Below are positions 41,363 through 48,630 of a stretch of DNA of 64,000 bases, one piece after another. The stretch covers positions 145,519 to 209,518 of IMG/VR virus record IMGVR_UViG_3300008259_005066, one strand, 5' to 3'. Under the pieces are notes generated by a model that made no database searches, was not told the DNA's origin, and worked only from the letters and a program-made list of their open reading frames with translations. The position numbers and the translations under genes were made by a program. Position 1 is the first letter of the stretch, and each line of letters begins with the position of its first letter.

Positions 41363-42433
41363 TTATGATCTTTCGCCATTAAGCAGGGCTACCACCGGTG
41401 CCAGGATCTGTTGTTCCACATTGCCTGAATGGAACCAATGGAAATTGTGTTCAATATGGAAACGATTGGCATGCCACCAATCTCGTGTGTCTGCGTGATG
41501 CTGATTGACCACTTCGGCCACGAGATGCAACCTACTGCTGAAATTCTGTTTGAGATCATAGTCATCACAGAAAGTATGGAATCCCAGTCGTTTCAACCAT
41601 GCAGTGGTTCCAGGCGCACCCACCACAAGGAATAGTTGTCCGGCAGCGATGGGTTTCCAGATCTTTTCGCTAGTAAAACTGATCAAGGCCGATGTCTCTG
41701 TGACCACATTGCACCATGCATCTTGATAGGCTGGATGCGCCAAAGAATGGTCGTTTTGTCCTAAGGTTTCGCCTTGCCATGCCATGGGAAAATCTCGTAT
41801 GTTTGTGATGCATCGTTGTGCCAGTTCATCGCCTATGAGATTGGCCAATCCACGATATTGGTATGCAGTGATTGGATGCCCCTGATAGGGACAGCGATCA
41901 TAGAAACTGTAGATAAACTTGTCCAGCAGTCCAAGATCTTTGACCATGGTATAGAACACCAAACGATGGAACGTGGGATTGCGATTGAGACAGGAGAACG
42001 CATGTGTTCTATCATGACTGGGGAACTCGCGACACAGCGATTGTTTTTTAAAAACAAACAACCAACTGGGATATGTAATCTCTCGGAGATGTTGATGCTG
42101 TGTGAGATCAAACTGGCTCAAACCAAAAAAACAAGGTATACGGAATTCACCAGCGATGTTATCCAGTATGATAGACTTGTCTCGATAGTCTGTGACAGGA
42201 TCTTGCGTGCCGTCAAATATGATCTGTTCAAATCTGATGTTATCGGCGCTGGCCCGATCAACCACGGTCTTTACGTAATGTTCTATGTCTTGACCTTTGA
42301 CTAAATTGCAGTCAATGACCAGGGTTGGACGATGGACCTGTTTCAACAACGGTTCATAGTGCTGGTGAGGATTGTTTTCAACAAAATCAAACTGATCAGT
42401 GTTGAAGTTGTAGCGCCAATGCAGATCTTGCAT
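41363..42433 (-). CDS. Glycosyltransferase-like protein (356 aa)
   Basis: FSCLNR...HR, CNVVTET, FTSEKIWKPI, FLVVG, LKRLGF.TF..YD; the SEK..KP segment recalls GT10-type C-terminal motifs. Family is inferred. Confidence 0.45.
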   Translation of the reverse strand: MQDLHWRYNFNTDQFDFVENNPHQHYEPLLKQVHRPTLVIDCNLVKGQDIEHYVKTVVDRASADNIRFEQIIFDGTQDPVTDYRDKSIILDNIAGEFRIPCFFGLSQFDLTQHQHLREITYPSWLFVFKKQSLCREFPSHDRTHAFSCLNRNPTFHRLVFYTMVKDLGLLDKFIYSFYDRCPYQGHPITAYQYRGLANLIGDELAQRCITNIRDFPMAWQGETLGQNDHSLAHPAYQDAWCNVVTETSALISFTSEKIWKPIAAGQLFLVVGAPGTTAWLKRLGFHTFCDDYDLKQNFSSRLHLVAEVVNQHHADTRDWWHANRFHIEHNFHWFHSGNVEQQILAPVVALLNGERS

Positions 42434-42441
42434 CGCAATAC

Positions 42442-42579
42442 TTATGGTGTTTTTACTATCAGACTATGATTGGCTGGTGGGGGCAAAGGTTTGATCACAA
42501 CATAACCAATAGCAACACCTATGGGTGCTTGTGGTCGGATGGCCGGTGTGCCCAACCCAATGTTTACTTTGCCAATCAT
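42442..42579 (-). CDS. Small Pro-rich ORF (45 aa)
   Basis: MIGKVNIGLG...IVKTP; ATG 5 nt after a perfect TATAAATA (42585-42592); fills the gap between the gp23 terminator and the next gene. Confidence 0.5.
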   Translation of the reverse strand: MIGKVNIGLGTPAIRPQAPIGVAIGYVVIKPLPPPANHSLIVKTP

Positions 42580-42598
42580 GACAATATTTATAGCCAAC

Positions 42599-42623
42599 AA
42601 AAAACCCGCCGAAGCGGGTTTTT
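42599..42623 (-). terminator. Intrinsic terminator after the major capsid gene
   Basis: Minus strand AAAAACCCGC-TTCG-GCGGGTTTTT (UUCG tetraloop). Confidence 0.9.
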
Positions 42624-42646
42624 GTTTTTTCCTTTTCCGTAACGGA

Positions 42647-43843
42647 TTAGGAGAATGACAAGTTGGAAACAGCAATCTCACCAACATAGTCGCCGGCGTT
42701 ACCGAACGAAGATGCTGTGTTTGTGAGTTCGATATAGCCGTAACGTGTCATGAATGATACGACTGGTTCGAATGTGCTTGGATCCAGCACGACACCGCTT
42801 GACATCAATGGGATGTATGGGCAGTAGAACGCGGCTGCATCTGTTTCGCTTGCGCCTTTGTAACCAACCAACACAGGTGTTGTATCTGCGGCATAAGAGT
42901 CGCAGAACACACGCATAGCGCCGTTCAATGTACCAACAAACTTGGTGTTTGTGGGTGCTTCGAATGTGCCTTCTGTGGTGCGGGCAAAAGCTGATGTTGT
43001 TGCAGACTGAAGAACAGTCAATGAAGCAGGCGATACAACAGCCCAGTTACCAGCGCCACGGCGTGTGCGCTGAGCGATCAAGTTAGCAACACGGTTGATC
43101 AAAACTGCCAATGCGGCATGTTCGTCACCAACGAATGTGGCTGTGCCTGATACAGTAGCCTGGTTGTATGTAAACTCTGTTGATGCAAGAGTGCGGAGTG
43201 ACAGGAGGATCTCCTGATCAATTTCAGCGGTAATTTCTTGCGCTAGAGCTGCCATGATTTCTGCTTCGATGTCAATGCCATGCATGGCTTGTGCATCTTG
43301 TGCAGCTTCAAATGTCCAACGTGCTTGCAATTTGCGTGTTTTAGCTTCAACAGCCTGCTTCAGGATTTGCACAGAAATTTGCTTACCACCGTTGCCTTCG
43401 AGGGTAGCAGTAGCGGCACCAGTATAAGTGGTGGCTGTACCTTCGTTTTGTGGCACTGTGGAGTAAGCCTGAGCGATCTTGAATGGGCTGAGTGCTTCTT
43501 CACCTGCTGTAACGGATGTCTGAGCAGCTGAATTGTCAGTCAATGACTGAGCATAACGCACACGCAGAGTGTGGATCTGGCCTACAGGACCTGTCATTGG
43601 CTGAACACCAACCAACTCGTTAGCGATAACAGTTGGCATGACACGTCGGATAACTGGCAGAATCACACGGTTTAATGTAGCGATGTTACCAGATACTGTG
43701 GAACCAGCACTTGCGTTCTCTTTCAAATACTTGCGGGTGTTTTCGAGGATCACACCCATTGTGTTGCGGCGAGCACCATTCAAACCTTCCATGAGGGCTT
43801 CTTTGGTCTCGTCCCAACGGCTTTCTAATAGTTCTTGTGACAT
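42647..43843 (-). CDS. gp23: Major capsid protein (gp23-like)
   Basis: LIRRVMP-like VIRRVMPTVIANELVGVQPMTGPVGQI, AKTRKLQARWTFEAAQD..AMHGID.EAE, EIDQEI, FYCPYIPL, FMTRYG. Confidence 0.97.
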   Translation of the reverse strand: MSQELLESRWDETKEALMEGLNGARRNTMGVILENTRKYLKENASAGSTVSGNIATLNRVILPVIRRVMPTVIANELVGVQPMTGPVGQIHTLRVRYAQSLTDNSAAQTSVTAGEEALSPFKIAQAYSTVPQNEGTATTYTGAATATLEGNGGKQISVQILKQAVEAKTRKLQARWTFEAAQDAQAMHGIDIEAEIMAALAQEITAEIDQEILLSLRTLASTEFTYNQATVSGTATFVGDEHAALAVLINRVANLIAQRTRRGAGNWAVVSPASLTVLQSATTSAFARTTEGTFEAPTNTKFVGTLNGAMRVFCDSYAADTTPVLVGYKGASETDAAAFYCPYIPLMSSGVVLDPSTFEPVVSFMTRYGYIELTNTASSFGNAGDYVGEIAVSNLSFS

Positions 43844-43869
43844 AATGTCTCCTTCTTCCTTCCTAAGAA

Positions 43870-44970
43870 TTAAAGCCCTGCTAGGCGTTTGAGGTCGATC
43901 ACATTGCTCTTAGAAGCAGTGTCTTCTTCCGCTACAACCTTTGCAGATTTATCACCAGTTACTTCACTAACACTCTCTGCGATCACTTTACGGGCTTTCG
44001 CAGGACGATTGTCAGCTAACACAGCTGGTAGATATTTTTCGAAAGCGCCCTTGAGACGGGTCGTTTGGACGTTTTCGAGCAGATTCTTCATGACTTCTCG
44101 CTTCTCTTCATTGAGAGGAGCAAGCAATTCTTCCATGGCGTTTGCACGTTCATTGGATTCCTTGATCACGCGAATCTCGCGTTCCTTGTTTTCAACGAGA
44201 ACTTTTGCTTTCTCGGTGAGTTGGATGGCTTCGGCCAATTTCTGATCTTTTGAAGCGATTGTATCACGCAGTTTGCGGATTTCAGCGTTCTCATTGAGAT
44301 GAGTGGCACCAAATTCTGCGGCGTATGCTTCAAAAATACGACGACCAAAATTGTTCTCGCGAGCAACTTTGATGTCTTCATGTAACTGGCTAAGTTCAGC
44401 CTTCAAATGCTTGGCAACACTCTGGCTCATCTTGGTAGCACTTTCTTTCACGAAACGTGATTTCAATGCTTCCAATTGCTTACGTGCTTCGCGGACTAGA
44501 CGAACTTTGGTTTCCACCGCGTCCTTCTTGTCTTGTGCGAATTCTGTAATCTCTTGGGCAAGAGCTTTCACAACAAAACTTTCCAATTTCTGGATTGATT
44601 CATTGTGTGTTTTGCGATCTTTGCGCAGTTCGCCAATTTCTTCGGCAAGTTTAGAAACCATGAAGTCGTTAAACTTCGTTGCTGATTCCTTCATCTTGAC
44701 TTGGAACTTGACACGATCTTCGGCCAATGACTGCTTTTCAGCTGCCACTGCTTGGATCTCTGCGGCAAGACCATCTGTTACCATGCGATCTAGGGCTTCC
44801 ACCATCACTTGTTTGTCATGCTCATAGCGTTGTGCAAACTCTTCTCTGAGTTCTGCACGCACCTCTTCACGAGCCTCGTTCAGCTTTGATTCCCATTGTT
44901 CCGAGATGGCTGTGCGAGTTTCCTCGTTGATTAGGTCGCTATCTAGTAACGGTTTGATGGCATCTAGCAT
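43870..44970 (-). CDS. gp22: Prohead core scaffold protein (gp22-like)
   Basis: Coiled-coil, Glu/Lys-rich 366-aa ORF between the protease and the major capsid protein. Confidence 0.85.
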   Translation of the reverse strand: MLDAIKPLLDSDLINEETRTAISEQWESKLNEAREEVRAELREEFAQRYEHDKQVMVEALDRMVTDGLAAEIQAVAAEKQSLAEDRVKFQVKMKESATKFNDFMVSKLAEEIGELRKDRKTHNESIQKLESFVVKALAQEITEFAQDKKDAVETKVRLVREARKQLEALKSRFVKESATKMSQSVAKHLKAELSQLHEDIKVARENNFGRRIFEAYAAEFGATHLNENAEIRKLRDTIASKDQKLAEAIQLTEKAKVLVENKEREIRVIKESNERANAMEELLAPLNEEKREVMKNLLENVQTTRLKGAFEKYLPAVLADNRPAKARKVIAESVSEVTGDKSAKVVAEEDTASKSNVIDLKRLAGL

Positions 44971-44979
44971 GCGTTTCTC

Positions 44980-45603
44980 CTAAATCTTGAGATCTTTGAT
45001 CAAACGAGAAATCTCGCTCTTCAAGTATCTCTGTACCTTGTCGTCTCCGCCAGCATCTTTGGCCATCTCTAGCACTCGATGACCATATTTCATGTTCATG
45101 AGTCCTTCGTAGACAGCTGTGGGATATGCGTTGGGCGCACTGGGTTGGGCGACAACATCGACAGTGACAATTTCAAAATCACTGACATGTCCATTGGCCT
45201 CGTTAACGTTTCCGCTACCGCGGCTTGAAACTCCTAATTTCACACCTGACTCAAGCATGGTGCGCACCAAATTGCCCATTGGCGTTGGGAGAATTTTTAA
45301 CTTACCAAATCCGTTGGGGCCATCCATCCACATTTCTGTCATGATATGACTGCAACGATCTAGGTTAATTTTAAGGTCATCGGGGTGATCAACTTCGCCC
45401 AACACAGAATATCCACCCTGTATTTGCTCATTGATTTGCTTTACTGCTTTTTCAATTTCGTTTACAGGATACACACGCTCGTTGGCATTTTTCACACCAC
45501 CCTGGATGCAGATACCTTTCATGTAAAGGTCCTTACCTTCGACGCCTTCAAGCACTATGCGTGCGGCATCAAAAGTAAGGTGTTCTCTGAGGTATCGAGC
45601 CAT
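44980..45603 (-). CDS. gp21: Prohead protease (gp21-like)
   Basis: GICIQGGVKNANERVYP, LGEVDHP, GKLKILPTPMG, KLGVSSRGSG, DVVAQPSAP. Confidence 0.95.
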   Translation of the reverse strand: MARYLREHLTFDAARIVLEGVEGKDLYMKGICIQGGVKNANERVYPVNEIEKAVKQINEQIQGGYSVLGEVDHPDDLKINLDRCSHIMTEMWMDGPNGFGKLKILPTPMGNLVRTMLESGVKLGVSSRGSGNVNEANGHVSDFEIVTVDVVAQPSAPNAYPTAVYEGLMNMKYGHRVLEMAKDAGGDDKVQRYLKSEISRLIKDLKI

Positions 45604-45621
45604 AACTCTGAACTTAACCTA

Positions 45622-46485
45622 TTAGTAAGGGCTCTTGGTGTTTACACCAGTGGCCTGTGCTAGATGTGGCTTGGTAGCAGGACTTTGTTTGACTGTGCTC
45701 TTCGCAGGTGCGTTTTGCACTTCGCCACTCATGATGTCCTTGGCTGTGGGTGCTGGGCGACCTTTTTCGTCTGCACCAGTGCTCATCACAGGCTTACCAT
45801 CCATACCTTTGGCTCCGCTGTTAGCTGCAACAGTGGATTTTTTGTTGATACCAGCATCTTCTGATTTCACAGGAGCAGGAGCAGCCTTCAAGTTGATGGC
45901 TTCTTCAAGACCTTCCATGGTCTCATCTTCTACGTCCATGTCAGCTTCTGCTTCGCTGTCCATTTCAATCTCATCACCGCCGCCAACTTCTGCATCCATG
46001 TCAACTTCCATGTCGCCGTTGGCACCTTCGTCGCCCATGAGGGCTTCAAATTCGGCCATGAGTTCATCTAGTTTGTCTTCGAGATCTACAACGCGATCTT
46101 CTAGATCATCAGCAGCCTCTTCTTCGCCTTCACCTTCCATGGAAAGACCTTCTTCTTCCACTTCGATTTCGTCGATCAGTTGATCTGCTTGATCACCGCC
46201 CATGGTTTCATCGTATTGATCCATACGGCCCATGGCGTCATCGCTGTCTTCTTCCAAAGAATCAGACTCTTCCATTTCGTCCTTGGCTTCGTCGAGTTCT
46301 TCTTCGTCTTTGTCCTTGGCTTCGTCGAGTTCTTCTTCGTCTTTGGCTTCTTCAATTTCTTCTTCGGCCATCAAGTCTTCATAGATGGCACGGCTTTTTT
46401 CTACTACGATCTCATGGAAAAGATCGCGGGCTTTCTGCTCTTCGTCATTGATAACGAATTCAATGAGCTGTTCAAATTTGTTCAT
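45622..46485 (-). CDS. Acidic prohead core protein (gp67-like, extended)
   Basis: N-terminus FEQLIEFVINDEEQKARDLFHEIV resembles T4 gp67; very acidic; lies between portal and protease. Confidence 0.6.
   Translation of the reverse strand: MNKFEQLIEFVINDEEQKARDLFHEIVVEKSRAIYEDLMAEEEIEEAKDEEELDEAKDKDEEELDEAKDEMEESDSLEEDSDDAMGRMDQYDETMGGDQADQLIDEIEVEEEGLSMEGEGEEEAADDLEDRVVDLEDKLDELMAEFEALMGDEGANGDMEVDMDAEVGGGDEIEMDSEAEADMDVEDETMEGLEEAINLKAAPAPVKSEDAGINKKSTVAANSGAKGMDGKPVMSTGADEKGRPAPTAKDIMSGEVQNAPAKSTVKQSPATKPHLAQATGVNTKSPY
46279..46363 (-). repeat. Tandem ~33-bp repeat encoding EEELDEAKD units
   Basis: gtccttggcttcgtcgagttcttcttcgtctt occurs twice, followed by a degenerate third copy. Confidence 0.85.
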
Positions 46486-46599
46486 GAGGTTCCTCCAATG
46501 TTATGGCTCTGTGTGATATTTACGACACACACCTAAATCTATGCGGTTTATGGGGTAAAAGTGGTAGAAAATGACTGTGAAACCGAGATAAGACCGGTT

Positions 46600-46818
46600 C
46601 TACAGGGCCGGAGCGGCCGGAGGCTGATATTGCTTGCGGATATCTCGGAGTTTTTCTTTGTATTCGTATGACCGCACATCGTTCATGCGACGCAGTTTGT
46701 TGATCTGCTTGAGCGTGAGTTTGGTCTTGCGCAGTTTGCCCAACTGAGGTTGGCTGTTGTCATCAGCAAGATCTTGGTAACCAGCAGGATCTTTGTGGAA
46801 AAATTCAAAGAGGTTCAT
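46600..46818 (-). CDS. Small basic prohead core protein (gp68-position)
   Basis: 72 aa, KTKLTLKQINKLRRM; ATG 5 nt after TAAATA (46824-46829). Confidence 0.6.
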   Translation of the reverse strand: MNLFEFFHKDPAGYQDLADDNSQPQLGKLRKTKLTLKQINKLRRMNDVRSYEYKEKLRDIRKQYQPPAAPAL

Positions 46819-46829
46819 GGCAGTATTTA

Positions 46830-48611
46830 TTAGATAGTGGGCACAGGAGCGGCACCACCGGCAGGTCCTGCGCCAGCTGCGGCAGCGCCAGGAGCACCGG
46901 CCATGCCTGGAGCCATGGGTGCCACAGCACCTTCGGGTGCACCTGCGGCACCTGCGATCTCTTCACCAGCTGTGATGTCTGCTTCGATATCAGCAGGGCT
47001 GATGCCTACTGAACGCAGATCTTGACCACCTTGCGTGCTCAGTTCGGGTTGATCTCGCTCTTCTTTCCATAGTTTTTCGTTGTCTGCAATCTCTTCTTCA
47101 GACAGTCCAAGATAGCGTTTCATCAGGAATCTCTTGCTCAAATAGGGCAACTGTTCTAGCCCGCTGAACGCTGTCATCCGTGTGGTGTCCAGTTCAGCCT
47201 GGCGATAACTGGCAAAATTCTGTGGCGGTGCAAACTTGATATTGAACAGGCCAGAGTCAATGTTGAAACCTCTCCAGCGCAGGAACATCTTGAACTCGTC
47301 ATCCAGTTTCTGCACGATCTGACGTTGCATACGCTCGCAGTATTGATTGAAACGATATTCCTGTATCAGCGCAGTGCCCACACGCCCGTCATTCATAGGG
47401 CGATCAGAATCATCTGGCCCAGTGGGTAGATATGATGACGGCACACGCAGACCGCGGCACATCTTGTTGTTGAAATATTTTAAGTCGTCGATCTCGCCTA
47501 GATTCTGTCCGCCTTGCAGGGTAGTAACATCCGAGCCACGACCTTCGGCTGTGACCGGAAAGAAGTAGTCTTCGTTGATTGACAGCGGATTGTATGTGGT
47601 ATCCATGATATTTTCACGACCACCTGTATTAGACGGAATACGTCGCTGATGGATTTCATTTTTCACACGTTCCACGAACTGCATGGCCAAATGGCTGGGC
47701 ATGTTGCCCACATCAATTTTGAATATCCTGCGTTCTGGCGCACGAGATATGCGATAGATCAGGATAGCATCTTCCAGCAATTCTTTTTGCTTGAATACCT
47801 TGAATATCATCTCCAGCACTGACTGTCCAAATGGCCAATAGTAGTCCAAACCTTCGCTCAGGCTGAGATGCACCACGTGCTTGGCATCGATGCAGGTTTC
47901 GTTCACAGAACGCTGGAATCGACTCTGTCCTGACGAGTTAGGAGCATTGGGTGCTGTGTAGTTGTAGGGTGCTGAATACCCACCCGATGGTGGCTGTGTG
48001 TTGTAGTCATTGATGGTCTTGGCCGCCACTGACATGGATTGGAAATTGGGATTGATGTCTCGGATCACATACTGTTCAGGACGCTTGCCTTCGCTTTCGT
48101 TCACGATCACACGGGCCACTTTGGTCATATCCACCCAGTAGAGTTCAAAGGTTTCAGGATCACGCACAAACACTTGATCGCCATACTTCAGAGTATTGCG
48201 GAACATCTTGAACATGCGATTGTCAAACTTGTTGAGTTTGGTCCATTGCTGGAGCTGTTTCTTGATGATGTCTACTTCGTGCTCAGTGGGTGTTTCTGTG
48301 AAACCTATTTCAAAAGGTGTGTCGTTGGCCTCACAGGTCTGTGTGGAAAATTCGGCTAGGATGTCAAGGCAGGCATTGATTTCCGAATCGCCATCCATGT
48401 TCTCGTATTGATTGTAGCGTTCCATCCTGTTGGGATGGCCAGTGTAGACCTCTGGCAGTCTGCTGGCATAGTTGCGGAAGGCAAATTCCGCATGGGCTTT
48501 GTCGTCTACACCGTAGCCTGTGCCATAACTGGGACCGCGTGGAACCTGCCCCGAAATTGGGCTGAACTGTCCTGAAACATCAGCGACTTTAAAATATTTT
48601 TTCCATGACAT
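46830..48611 (-). CDS. gp20: Portal protein (gp20-like)
   Basis: LEDAILIYRISRAPERRIFKIDVGNMP..A.Q, EDYFFP..EGRGSDVTTL.GGQNLGEIDD..YF..K..R.L.VP.S. Start set at MSWKKYF (48611), 7 nt after TAAATA. Confidence 0.95.
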   Translation of the reverse strand: MSWKKYFKVADVSGQFSPISGQVPRGPSYGTGYGVDDKAHAEFAFRNYASRLPEVYTGHPNRMERYNQYENMDGDSEINACLDILAEFSTQTCEANDTPFEIGFTETPTEHEVDIIKKQLQQWTKLNKFDNRMFKMFRNTLKYGDQVFVRDPETFELYWVDMTKVARVIVNESEGKRPEQYVIRDINPNFQSMSVAAKTINDYNTQPPSGGYSAPYNYTAPNAPNSSGQSRFQRSVNETCIDAKHVVHLSLSEGLDYYWPFGQSVLEMIFKVFKQKELLEDAILIYRISRAPERRIFKIDVGNMPSHLAMQFVERVKNEIHQRRIPSNTGGRENIMDTTYNPLSINEDYFFPVTAEGRGSDVTTLQGGQNLGEIDDLKYFNNKMCRGLRVPSSYLPTGPDDSDRPMNDGRVGTALIQEYRFNQYCERMQRQIVQKLDDEFKMFLRWRGFNIDSGLFNIKFAPPQNFASYRQAELDTTRMTAFSGLEQLPYLSKRFLMKRYLGLSEEEIADNEKLWKEERDQPELSTQGGQDLRSVGISPADIEADITAGEEIAGAAGAPEGAVAPMAPGMAGAPGAAAAGAGPAGGAAPVPTI

Positions 48612-48630
48612 AGTGTTATATTTACCGCTA

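Noticed and set aside
46180-46536. 118-aa Phe-rich plus-strand ORF resembling a membrane protein
   Set aside because: It is the antisense read of the Glu/Lys/Asp repeats of the gp67-like gene.
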